Shown: one piece after another, positions 51,424 to 63,482 of the stretch | Layout of the letters: every line of letters begins with the position of its first letter | How positions within the stretch are numbered: the first letter of the stretch is position 1 | Source: Octopus bimaculoides | Lineage: Eukaryota | Assembly: GCF_001194135.2 (NCBI RefSeq) | Contig: NC_068987.1 | Coordinates: forward strand, 91,782,363 to 91,846,241 | DNA length: 63,879 nucleotides | Reading direction: 5' to 3' | Position numbers and translations under genes: made by a program | The notes under the pieces: model-generated | Databases searched by the model: none | What the model was told of the DNA's origin: nothing | The model's input: only the letters and a program-made list of their open reading frames with translations

Positions 51424-51760
51424 CAAAAGTCATTACGAAAAGACGAAAACGTTAAATGAAGAATTATCCAAAAATTCTGACTGCATCCCTTTTCTTAATA
51501 CAGACTTATATATATATATATATATATACAATAACTATACTATAATATATAATATATCGTAATGATATATTTACTCCGATTTATATATGTGGTTACGTCC
51601 CCATAACTGAGCCGTTTAGCGAAAGACCAGTTAGAATACGTACCAAGCTTAAGAATTTGAGCACTGTGGTCGATTCATTCAAATAAAACTTGCAAAAGTG
51701 ATGTCCCAGCATGGTGATACTCTAATGACTTAAACAAATAAAAATAAAAGATAAAAGAAA
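51080..51760 (+). mobile_element. SINE family A, diverged, centre in gap
   Basis: Head agaagtttgcttcccaaccacatggattcgggttcagtcccactgcatggtacc (51099-51152); tail acgtccccataactgagccgtttagcgaaag...cccagcatgg...tctaatgacttaaac. Confidence 0.7.
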
Positions 51761-51929
51761 TGTATATGTGCATGTATATATGTGTGTGTGTATATGTGTG
51801 TGTATATATGTGTGTGTATATGTGGATACAACTACTCCGGTGGAAGTCAGAAAAAACTCCTTAATGTGTCATTCCACAAACATACAGAATATATAGTACG
51901 ACACAAGAGAAAACCATATTTAAATGGGA

Positions 51930-51956
51930 AGAGAGAGAGAGAGGGGGGGAGAGAGA

Positions 51957-52032
<76 letters not shown>

Positions 52033-52040
52033 GAGAGAGT
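51930..52040. repeat. (AG)n microsatellite
   Basis: Direct reading. Confidence 0.95.
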
Positions 52041-52454
52041 GAAAGCAATCTGGATATCATATTTCATGCAGATATATCACGATATCCCAAATTAATTGAG
52101 ATTATGTCTTTCAGACGTACAGTGTTAACTAACACACACAAAAGATGTATGATTTGCAGACGAAAATCAATCCCTAGAAGGATTGGGAATGCTAGACGCG
52201 CCTTTCTGCCTCTTTGTGCTTTTCCAGAACCATTTTACCACTGATAACCCCGATTCATAATAATTGTTACTGACATAAGAAAAGAGTAATAAAAAATAAT
52301 TTTTGATAGTGCAAGTAGGTGGCCGGTTGAATAAAATCTCATTATGTGCAACGGAAGCAATATTTTTGCCAATTAATGGACAGGGCATAAATATGATTGA
52401 ATTGTGATGCCTCATGTTTACTGCCATCATTATTTCATTTCGATCTTTATTTAT

Positions 52455-52846
52455 TTATTTATTCCTTTTTGTACTTGTTTCAGTTATTTGCTGGAGCGCC
52501 ACCTTTAGTAGTCAAACAAATCGACCCCAGTGCTTATTCTTTGTAAGCTTAGTACTTATTCTGTCGGATATTTTGCCGAACTGCTAAGTAACAGGGACGT
52601 AAACACACTAACATCGGTGTCAAGTGACGGTGGGACGGGACAAGAACGCACAAATACACACACACACAAACCGATATGCCAGGTTTCTTTCAGTTTCCGT
52701 CTATCCGTCTATCAAATCCACTCACAAGGCTTTGGTCGTCCCGAGGCTATAGTAGAAGACACTTGCAAAGGTGCCACGCAGTGGGATGTAACCCGGAACC
52801 GTATGGTTGGGAAGCAAGTTTCTTATGACACAGCCACTTTTGCGCC
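52455..52846 (-). mobile_element. SINE family A, full length
   Basis: Tail tacttgtttcagttatttg...ggagcgccacctttag, head cttgcaaaggtgccacgcagtgggatgtaacccggaaccgtatggttgggaagcaag...cacagccact. Confidence 0.88.
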
Positions 52847-53160
52847 TATTTAGTTCAAATGAGAGCTTAAACTGAATCGCCATTCGTCTCTCCTTCTCAT
52901 TCACCTACTCACTCCCTCACTCCATCACTCACCCCCACGCATACACATACACTGACTCACCAACTCTCTCTATCCCTCATCCTCAAATCTGCTAAGCTGT
53001 CCTTTTCACTTCAGGCTCGATATTCTAATCTACATTGTAGCCGGTCTTTCTCTCTCTGCATATATTTTGCACTGATACCAACATATTTCTCATCGGGTGA
53101 TACTCTTTCTGTATTGGTTTCAAATGTTGATAGAAGGCCAGCAAGTGGAGAAGTTCAAGA

Positions 53161-53317
53161 CATTGACCCCAGTGTTTAACTGGTACATGTCTTATCGACT
53201 CCAAAAGGATGAATGGCAACTTCGATCTTATCGCAACTTGAACTCAGAAAGGTAGCAACGGACGAAAGGCCGCTAAGTATTTTGTCCGGCGTACTAACGA
53301 TTCTGTCGGGTCGCCGT
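53161..53317 (-). mobile_element. SINE family B
   Basis: attgaccccagtgtttaactggtac...atcgactccaaaaggatgaatggcaac...ttgaactcagaa...tactaacgattctgtcgggtcgccg. Confidence 0.8.
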
Positions 53318-53523
53318 CTTTTCTTTCCATATTATGTTTATAACTACAGCGCGTGCGCGCGTGTATGGTGTGTGCATATATGGTTACGCATTTAGGCTAG
53401 TATATATAATCAACACGTATGTTTGTAAGTACGTATGTGTGTGTATGTATGTGTGTATGTATGTATATGTATGTATACATACATACATACAGATGTATGT
53501 AAGTATGTATGTACGTACGTACG

Positions 53524-53609
<86 letters not shown>

Positions 53610-55151
53610 TATAAATTACGTTGCTGTCCTCCTCCTCCTTCTAGTCATCATCATCAGCAGCAGCAACATAATAATCTTTGTCATCCTGTTCATCATCATC
53701 GTCGTTGTCGTAATTCATTCTCCATCTTGCAATATTTTCTTCTCATTTTCTTGTTCCGTCATTATTCTCGGTTTCTTTTACATTTTTCTTCACACTTGCT
53801 GGCTCTATTCTTTTCTCTTTCTTTCCCACACTTTCCGTATTAAATCCTTAACGTTTTCAGACAAGACATGTTCAGCTTTTCAATATCAAAATTATTTCAG
53901 TGAAATCACCACTCACAAGTTCAGCGAGCTGAACGTGTACATTAAACATTGATGGAATTAAATAATACAACAAACTTTACGCCTAAACCGTCGTGCAGAC
54001 AACAGGAAGTTTGTACAGATATTTTGTCCGGCGGCAAAAACTAATGAAGAAATTTATTCCAATACCTTTTCTGCTTACAATTGAGTTGACAGACAATTTG
54101 ATTAGTTAACTCAAGTAGACTACTACATACAGCCGCAGCAGCCATTTTGGATTTCTCTGAGTTTTCCTTTTCTGTTGCTTTCATTTTTAAACTTTATGTT
54201 TATTATTATATAAGTTGTTATATTTGTTATTTGTGTTTGTGCCTGCAGTGTTGGTGGTGGTGGCGTCGGTAGGTTTCGATGGGTGTATTGTTAATTTCTG
54301 TTGCTTACGTTGTAGGATGTGAAATTATTGTTCCTGGTGTTCATGGTGTTGTTAGACATTGTTGTTGTTATTGTAGTCGTTGATTTTGTTTCTCATACTG
54401 TCTTTGCTCTTCAAGTTGGTATTTCTGATATAAAAGATGGTTTTTGCGGTAGTGTTGTACTTTCTGGCCTTGTGTTTTTGTGTCGTATATTTTTCTTGTT
54501 GTTGTTGCTGTTACTCTTGGTGTCTTTGACAATGAGGCATTGGTCTGGGAGGAATTTTGGAATTAAAGCTATCTATGCGGATAAGTGAGAGGAAAACCCA
54601 TATCAGATTATCACCCGAGAAAGACGTGGTTCGTATCCCGTCATCTATCGTTTACAGTGTTTCGCGTCCGTGTACAATTCACTTCACACATTGGTGCTCC
54701 AGTTTACATTGTAACAGGTGCAAACCGGTTTTAAGTAATTCAACTTTCAAGCAAACGAATTAAAAAAAAAACTGTTCGTAAGATTGCAATGCCAAATTAC
54801 AGTCTCCTTCTTTATATACTTTGGAGAGAGATGGATATTTCCATAGAGTCCCCTGCCCCAAATTCATTGTTTATAAGTTACACTTGTAATGTCAATATTA
54901 GCAAATTAAATGATATTGAGCAACTTGAAAATGGATATCGAATCAGTTTCCTTCTCTCGTTTCATGCCATTCGTTTATTAAGTAAAACATTCAATGAACT
55001 TGATATAAAAGACTAAATGTATCTGTGTGGATATTTCTCCGAATTAGTGGCATTGACATCGATGTGGAGGTCTAGTCCAGTTGTTCAAAGATGTATTTTT
55101 AGTAGGGGGATTACCAGTAATTGAATCTCCATCATTATTCTGTCACTAAGC

Positions 55152-55213
55152 TATAAATAGCGCAGTGCGCGTCAGAATTGCTTGATCAGCTAATGTAAAG
55201 CCACAAGGTAATT
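55152..55213 (+). promoter_or_regulatory. Candidate TATA box followed by a short exon and splice donor
   Basis: TATAAATAG 55152-55160; TCAGCT Inr-like 55186-55191; AAG|GTAATT donor at 55207/55208. Motifs only, no gene identified. Confidence 0.25.
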
Positions 55214-56237
55214 ATGTGTTTTGCGTTCAAATACAGCCAGGGCTGACTTTGACATTTATCCGCTGGGAGCTTATAAAAGAAGTAAGAGTAATGTACTGGC
55301 AGTCGATATTATTGATTATACCAGCCACCAAATATGTGTGGCTTTGTGCTTATGTTAGAAACATACGAGTTCTTAACTTTAGAAAATATAACTGGGTCTT
55401 GTTTCAGTATGAATACACAAGTAACAAGGTTAATGGCGGTCTCATTACATTTGTTACAATAATTGAAACATGCTGTGAAGTCGAAGTCTCATGATTTATT
55501 TGTTATGGAAAGTAGATTTATAAGATATTTCATCAGTATAAATCGAAAGTATTTTGGGTAAGCAATCATAAAAGAGTGATGTTGCAGTTGTTGAAGTCGA
55601 AACTGATCTGCTGCGCAGAAACTGAAACTGGAAGATTTCGAATTGTCTGTAGTTCATATTTTACTACGATTTAGGAAGATATTTTTCTGAGAATTTTATA
55701 CTTAATGACGTTAAATAAAATACGGTTTCTCTGAACTTAAACCATAAAACAATATTCCTATTCTAATACAGAAAGTGTGCGACATGAAATATTTAGGTGT
55801 CATTTCTAGCAAGTATAGCTACTACATGTATTATGATTGGCATGTATTTGTGTTTTCCAAAGGTTATTGAAAAGAGAGTTATTTAAAACCATCTTCGTAG
55901 AAACTATTGATAAGCATCATACCTTCTAGATAGTAACATATTGATAAATTAAAGTTCAGGTTAAGTATTTCGAAGGATGCTTAAAGTCAGGTGGAACATG
56001 GCAAATTTTTCATGCATATATCCATCGTGAAGCTGCAAATATATTTCCAGCGACGGTAGGTTGTTTGGCAATAGGCTTGCTCTTTTCAAATAGAAATATA
56101 GAAATATGGATGCGTAGCAGCGACATATTTTCATGTCCCATTGTGTCTAAGAATACGTTAGTAAGCGATTTATCTTCAAGAATCTAGAATGATAATTGAA
56201 CGAATTCGCATCAATATTTTTGTAAGCCGGATGATTA

Positions 56238-57295
56238 CACTGGTGAACACAATTTTAGGTGCCAAGTAACAAAACACGGTTTTTAGCTAATTTGATGGTG
56301 CTGATTAAGAAACTTACATTAGTTTTTCATGGTTAGCTACCGTTTTTGCTGTATTGAAATTGCTCATTTTTGGAAAAAAAAGTCAATTTACGATTTTGGC
56401 TGATCCAAAATTTGGTTTAAAAAAGTAGTAGAAACCCACAAATTTTCAGGTAGGTCGAGCAATTTATGTCAGCCACCTAAAATAAACTATTTTTATAAGA
56501 AAAAAGTGTTTTTCAGTCAAAACCTTTAAAATAAAAGTACTGAATTTTTCCAATTTATTGCCAAAATTCAAATTAAAGTAGCTTGCTTACTAGCCACATG
56601 ATTCCGGGTTCATTCCCACTGCGTGGCACCTGCGGCAAGTGTCTTCTACTATAGCCTCGGGACGACCAAAGCCTTGTGAGTGGATTTGGTCGACGGAAAC
56701 TGAAAGAAGCCTGTCGTATATATGTATGTATATTTATATATTTACGTATATATGTTTGTGTGTCTGTGTTTGTCCCCCCAACATCGCTTGACGACCGATG
56801 TTGGTGTGTGTGTGAGTGTGTTTGTGTGTCTGTGTGTCTGTGTTTGTCCCCCACCATCGCTTGACAGCTATGCTGGTGTGCCTGAGTCGTTTAACCAAAA
56901 TGAGACTTAAATATAAGCAAAGAATCAGCAGAATTTTGACCACTAGGCTCAACGAAAAACCCCTGTTAGCAAAAGGCACAAAGGTAACATTCTATCGAAA
57001 TAGGAATGCCGAATTGGTACCATTCTTTAATGAGGACACGGATCTTGTTCATTGCAATGACGGTGAAAGTGTTCTTCTTACGAAGCGTTCTTCTTCCGTC
57101 CACAAACACGATCCTGATGAATGGAGATTGCGCATTGATAGTTCAAAACGTAGTTTGAAATGTGTTTTGTTCCATAATACCAACATGCATGTGCCAATAT
57201 CTACAGGTTCATCAACATTGAAAGAAAAACATGATGCCATCAAATAAGTTATGGAACAGATTGACTACACCAAACATAAATGGAGACCTCATCCT
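56238..57295 (+). mobile_element. Chapaev(3)-like DNA transposon remnant (5' terminus plus transposase fragment), interrupted by a SINE
   Basis: Transposase fragment 56900-57290 RLNEKPLLAKGTKVTFYRNRNAELVPFF...DEWRLRIDSSKRSLKCVLFHN...STLKEKHDAIK*VMEQIDYTKHKW matches the EWRLFIDSSKRSLK.VLLHN family. Putative left end CACTGGTGAACACAATTTT at 56238. Superfamily name is from memory of this motif; right TIR not found. Confidence 0.7.
56575..56870 (+). mobile_element. SINE family A inserted in the Chapaev-like element
   Basis: aagtagcttgcttactagccacatgattccgggttcattcccactgcgtggcacc...ccaaagccttgtgagtggatttgg...gaaagaagcctgtcg; duplicated tgtgtttgtccccc..catcgcttgac. Confidence 0.9.
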
Positions 57296-59144
57296 TTACT
57301 AGGAAAAAGGCAATATATATTACCTCGAATTCAATGTGGTGACATCTATCTTTTTCTCTTTACCTATTGTAACACGCTTCTTCGAAATAAACCAGTACAA
57401 TACACTGCAAAATATGGGAGTGGTGACAGTAATTGAAGCAAATTCATATAAAAACGATACAAAAGATTTCACGTAAAATGTTTCACGTCACGAAAGTTAC
57501 AATATATTAAAACATGTTAAAATCATTAGAAATTACAATAATTTCACAAAGTAACAACTAAACATAGAAGCCAGAAATGATAATTTCAAAAACGATTAAG
57601 AAAACAACGGAAAACAAACGATGCAGCCCATGTTTACGCGGAAGAAAACAAACTCGTTAATGTTGGTTGTCGTATTTCAATCTGATGTATAGGAATGCTT
57701 TCGGGAGAATCTTGGACGATACAAAGCCATTTTGAATGACAGTTATTATTTGAATACGATAAACTATTATTATAATCAATAACATCTTAACGTTTGCATG
57801 TTACTTAAAAGCTAGTTCTAACTTCATCTCACACGCTGCATATATATAAACACATTGACAGTAATTTAACACTTTAGAACGTCCATCATTAATGTTAGAG
57901 TCGCGTTAGTTATTCACAACATCATGTCCTCTGGAATTTTTACCCGATTTTTTTAGCATTACTTGTTTTTTTTATTACTTTTAAAAGTGGATCATTTTTG
58001 CCATCTATTTCCTCTGGATGATTATCCATCCTCCATTTCTTGGCATTATCTTGTGACGATAGAGTTTCACTACAAATAAATAGAGAGAGCCGATGTCTTA
58101 GTTCCCGACGCTGGCTTTGGGACAGGATTAATCAATGTAAGTTTCTAGTTACGGGTAAAAGATGATTTCATTGGTTATTCTTTGAACTGCAAACAGGGAC
58201 TGTTTTGCAAACATTAGTTTCTGACTCTTACTGCCATGGTTAGTTGTATATCTTCCATTCTATCTCCTGAGCAACGACTGCCATCGGTGACTCCTATTTT
58301 TCTTTGTATACCAACATTTTGTTTGCCGCGCATCACCAGTCGCTTAGCATTTTCCTATGGATCTCTGATGGGGTGCAACTCCTTAATGGATATATGGTCA
58401 TCGAAAGTCACAGAATATGTATATCTAAGCTTAACGCCCTGTAAAGCTGTAATTCATCTTTATAACGAGATTGGCAATTGGAACCAATATCCCCCATCGT
58501 TATTTCTCTTCCACATTTATTGCATCTGGCTGGGAGCCATGTGATGTACCATCTTGATTTCGCTTTCACTGTCTCTTTCAAAGAGCAGGTACCAGTAGAC
58601 CGTACATCATTCGATTGTAGTTTCCAGTAGACGAAGACCACAAAATCCCCAAACATCGTCTTAGGTTTTATATACTTTCACATTCTATCTTGAAGCAGAT
58701 GTCCGTTACTTTTCCCCATTATACTTTAGTTAATAAAATCATGAGCCGAGAGCGCAGAATTCCTGCGGTTTATTTGTATCACATACTTTATACTTTTTCA
58801 GAGAAAACCTTATGTTAAAACCATTTTGATTTAAGATAACATCGAATCTAATGTTGTTCTATTCTTTGTTTTCTGGTAATTATTTTTCAGTTTTGACCTT
58901 TCATTACTGTCTCTGTTAATATTAATTTTATGTTCTCTTGAGATTTTCTGTCTATTGTCAATGTTTCACTTTATTATATTTCGTATTTTTTTTAATGATA
59001 ACATAAAACTTTCTTAGCTTCTTCCATTTTAGAGAATGGTCAACAATTTGTTTTCTGTAGAAATACTGGGAGCTAGAATGGTGCTACCAGCTTTCTTGAA
59101 AATAACTCCTGCATCTACATCCCATGAACTGACACCACATTAAA

Positions 59145-59307
59145 AATGGTCAATTAATATATTCTATTCTACTCTAGTCACAAGTCCCGGAATTTTGGGG
59201 GAGGGGACCAGTCGATTAGATCGACCCAGTACGCAACTGGTACTTAATTTATCGACTCCAAAAGGATGAAAGGCAAAGTCGACCTCGGCGGAATTTGAAC
59301 TCAGAAC
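59145..59307 (-). mobile_element. SINE family B, 5'-truncated
   Basis: gtcgattagatcgacccagtacgcaactggtacttaatttatcgactccaaaaggatgaaaggcaaagtcgacctcggcggaatttgaactcagaac. Confidence 0.88.
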
Positions 59308-59969
59308 TAATGGGTTTATATGATCCTTTAATTAAAACTAATCCGAAAACGGAAACCCTCATCCAGTGAACATGGAGAAAAAATGTAATCGCATCGGGTG
59401 AGAGAGTCATTTGCGATATCTTACTTATTCCTTGAAAAGTTTGGTCATACAGGTGTATTTAGAAAGCTTTTGTCAATATCGGAAGACCCCATCCCCAGGG
59501 CGATGTGTCGGGCAAAATTCATTGTGAAAGAATAGCAATGATCCGTGTNNNNNNNNNNNNNNNNNNNNNNNNNNNNNNNNNNNNNNNNNNNNNNNNNNNN
59601 NNNNNNNNNNNNNNNNNNNNNNNNNNNNNNNNNNNNNNNNNNNNNNNNNNNNNNNCGTGTTGTCGGTCTTATCAGATATTTATTTTAAAAAACAGAACGA
59701 GGTTGAGAAAACGAGTTACCCGTACGTTGGTGACGTTGACGTCAAAATGCATAGAACTGAAATAGATAACTCAATGCACCACGTCTGACGAGTTAAAATC
59801 TCGGCTGATTGAAAGCATTGAGCTGATATTTTTAATGACCTTGTTTGTATGAAAGGTAATGTAGAACTTCCTGTGATTAGCCTGAACAAACAATGGAAAG
59901 CTTTCTAATCGATCCGTCTCTCTGAGGACATTGATGAATTGCTGATAAACAAAAATATCCACAAGCAGT

Positions 59970-60027
<58 letters not shown>
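59970..60027. repeat. (TAA)n microsatellite at 5' boundary of the Dong-like derivative
   Basis: Direct reading. Confidence 0.95.
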
Positions 60028-60630
60028 TGAGAACAAAAACAGTAGAATCCCGAGAGCAAAAATGTCAGAGAACGTCTTCATGGGGGTAAATGTACCAAAG
60101 ATGGAAAAAGGATCCCATTAGCCTTGGCAGACAACCCACTTAGAGATGGCTTATAGATGAAAAACACTGGTAGTTGTAACGCCTCGCCAACACAGCTTTC
60201 TTAATGAGTGTAATGCGAATTAAAAATCACCACAACTACGTTCATGAGACGTGGATCCGAAATGAAGGTCACTCACACGGCGAGTGCTCCACTACGATGT
60301 ATGGTCATTATCCAAATACTGCTGTAAGGATTAGAAGGAAATGAACTTAAAATAACAAGAGAACTCTAATGGAACACTATCAGAGAAGCGAACCTACCAA
60401 AATAGGATACCTGGAAAAGATGCATAAAATTTTGAAGACCAATACAACAATTATTCGTGTAGTAATTGGTGCACTTGACATAAAATCTAAACTATAACCT
60501 CAAAGATGTACACTCTACTAGAATTTTAAGGAAGGTTCTTGAAATTTGAGGAAACTTGCGATCACCAAACGTGAAGATAAAAAGCTGCAAGCTCAATTAG
60601 AATGTACAATCTAATAATACAATAGAAATA
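60028..60630 (+). mobile_element. Internally deleted non-autonomous R4/Dong-clade element
   Basis: One frame from 60333: RRK*T*NNKRTLMEHYQRSEPTKIGYLEKMHKIL (Dong N-terminal W....N..LME.Y..S.P...GY..RM motif) fused to KTNTTIIRVVIGAL (C-terminal motif), then TRILRKVLEI* at 60517-60549; flanked by (TAA)n and (TAG)n. Confidence 0.75.
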
Positions 60631-62169
60631 GTAGTAGTAATAGTAGTAGTAGTAGTAGCAGCAGCATTTGTATTAGTAGTGGTAGTAGTGGTAGTAGTAG
60701 TAGTAGTTGTCGTAGTTATAATGATGCGGCAATTGATAATGATGACCACGGTAATTATTCTATTTTTTTATCATCAGGGCCCATAAATCCACAAAATTCA
60801 TGAAATATATGAAATAAATTCAGGTGTTCTGCAGGGACATGTCCTGGGAAACATGGTCTACCTATTGGTTATGAATGTTTATTGATGTGTTTTTGATAGA
60901 TTTGCAGTTGGTATCATTCTTTAGTATCTCCTTATAATTGGATGAAGCAAGTGATCATATTAGTTGATTTTATTACGTATCTTAATTGTGATAGAAAGGA
61001 AAAATTACATCTGATTTTTCCTAGACCAACCCAGAATATTTTCAGCGCCATTTAAACATTGCTAACCAGAACCCTGTCCTGATGGATTTCTTTGAAGAAG
61101 TCTCCTAGTTTAGATACGCTTTGGGCTTCATAAATTAACGCCTGATAGTATATTATTTACATCTGTTGCAAGGTAGGCGGCGAGAGGTGTAAACTCGTAC
61201 TTTCATTAAAAATGTTCCTCAAAACCGACAATGTCTCTGCAAGTACAAGATCCTTCGCAAAACAGAGTACAGAACTTACAACTACACGATTTTCTCCAAG
61301 CAGTAAAGGCCCACTATTTATAACAAAATCCAATGTGCATTGTAATTGGTCATGAGCAGATTCCATTAAACCAACTGCTCTATTATCGCCTGAATATCAT
61401 TAACCTGGTTATTTCTATCGCTACTTTAATAAAATACCGTCACAATGGCTTCTTTCTGAAGTGCCAATTCTCAATGAATTACTCCCTTAGATTGGGTTTG
61501 CACATTGTAATTGAGAATCTTGAATAACTCACTGAATGTATGTATATTCCTTGAACAAATGTTTTCCCACAACTGAAACCCGTCTTATTGTGCTCCTGGG
61601 GAATATGACCCCTTTAAATTCAAAGTTTCCAAGTATTCTGCCAAATTTTAGCGATTTACCTTGATTCAATATTTTAATCGTTTCAATTAATAGAAACAAA
61701 TTTACTTGATTTTAATTGTATATTTATAGTCATGCTATACAACACAATGTGGTAAGCAGAGGCCCTTCAACAGCTTCTTATTGTCGTATTAAGGATTCTC
61801 CTATGGATTTATAATTATTTTATCATCATTTCGTCTTTGGTATATTTAATACGCATATTGCAAATTTCATTTGTTTTTGTAATTTTCGATCCTCCTTCGA
61901 TGCTTATGCTGCATGGTTTCCTCTTTTCCGAGAGCGATGATTTCATTTTCAAGATCTTGACAAAAGCTAAAGGGAATAATTTCACCATGGATGTTTACCG
62001 ATTTACGAGCCATTGAAATAGACGTGTCAATCCCTCATAACTGAGAAAGAACCTCACACTTACCAGCTAATCAACAACTTTTCTAGTATTCTTCAACACC
62101 TAAAATATGACCCATCTAAGAAGCGATTTAAGAAGTTGTAATTCACTGAAAACTCATCGGGAACCCTTA

Positions 62170-62720
62170 AAAGGAACAAGTTTAGATACATTAGCGCATA
62201 CAATCTACCATATAGCTTATTAGTTTCAATTCCTTTTGCAATAATTCTTGATACTCCTTAAAACACCTTACGATACTCCACAGATACTAACCAGGTTTCA
62301 GTAAAACATACAGTTTCTTACACAATCGCAGTATTGTTTTGCCCAAACATTGTAAACACCAAAACCTTACTTCAAAAACGAAAAAAAAAAACCCTCAAAA
62401 ACAAGAATACGCGTAGAGTATAGAATAATATTGGCCCAACTCTACGCAAGCATAAAACACCATACCAGGGATATTTTATCAAAAAACATTGTCTACTAAA
62501 GCTGACAATTGATGTAGTTAAAACCTATATCGGATTGATATGAAACCATTTCAAAGAAAGATATTACAGCCATTTCTATAAATCAGAAAGCAAAACAAAG
62601 CAACAGACGATTTATTCCTATGTCAAGAGTTTTATAGACGAATTTATTTTTTTTAGAATTAACTGGAAGATTTTAATGTGACCCAACCCTCAATCGGTCC
62701 AGAAAAAGTCTGGAGTACTT
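62170..62720 (+). mobile_element. Degraded Penelope-like element C-terminal region with GIY-YIG
   Basis: KNIVY (about 62481-62496), VKTYIGLI*NHFKERYYSH (62517-62573), RINWKIL (62655-62675); weak upstream YNLPYS resembling FNPPYS. Confidence 0.65.
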
Positions 62721-63240
62721 AGTGTTATTAGAACTTAGATCATAAAATCTGGAAGAAATACCGCATGGCATTTACTCAGGCACTTTGAAGATCCGATTAA
62801 TTCCCTACAAATTCTCGCCTACCATTGCTTACCTAAAGACGATAATGCGTCTACGGCTGAAGTGACTCCTGCTGATTAGTGCGATAATAAGTGATGATTA
62901 CAATAATGACACTAAAAATGTCAACAGACAAATAAAACGATATCAATAATATAACATGCTTTATTTAATCAAGAATTATTGCTCAATTTACTGAAGAGAA
63001 GATAAAGGGAACTAATAAATTACTATAAGTGATCAAAAGTTAATCCTGTACAGCGATAAATGCTACTTAATTAACGTTAAGGCAGAATGTAATTCATCAA
63101 TGACTTAGAGACATAATCTCGTTGTACCGAGTTAGGGAGTTAGAGATGACTAAAATGATCTTATAACCAATAATTGTTATGGATTATCTCACAGATGAAT
63201 AGGAATAACGGAACGTAATAACTTTTGATAGGGTGTGTAG

Positions 63241-63290
63241 AGATGAGAATTGGTATGTATATGCCAGATGAGAATTGGTATGTATATGCC
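63241..63290. repeat. Perfect 25 bp tandem duplication
   Basis: agatgagaattggtatgtatatgcc twice. Confidence 0.95.
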
Positions 63291-63482
63291 AGTGCTGTAG
63301 TGTCCACCAGTAGTTCTGAATGCATATGTGTGTATATATGTGACAAGTGCATTTTATGCATTCTAAGCTCGCGTTAATGAAGTAAATATCATCTGACGTA
63401 TGTTGAGACTGTATTAGCAAGTAACATAATGTAGATGTGCTAGCATCTATATAAAATTCCTCTACCTACCTACCTACCTACC

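Noticed and set aside
57113-57150. CTGATGA inside the Chapaev-like region
   Set aside because: It is coding sequence for PDEWRL; no GAAA core or stem II.
59770-59822. Hammerhead-like arrangement: ctcaatgc/gcattgag 8 bp stem enclosing CTGACGA (59785-59791) and GAAA (59811-59814)
   Set aside because: Position 16.1 is A rather than U, only 5 nt are available for stem I and they do not pair, and stem II does not form. Three independent failures suggest chance or extreme decay.
60040-60200. HDV-like ribozyme in the Dong-like 5' UTR
   Set aside because: I could not assemble P1, P1.1, P2 and P3 pairings from this copy; left as an untested idea.
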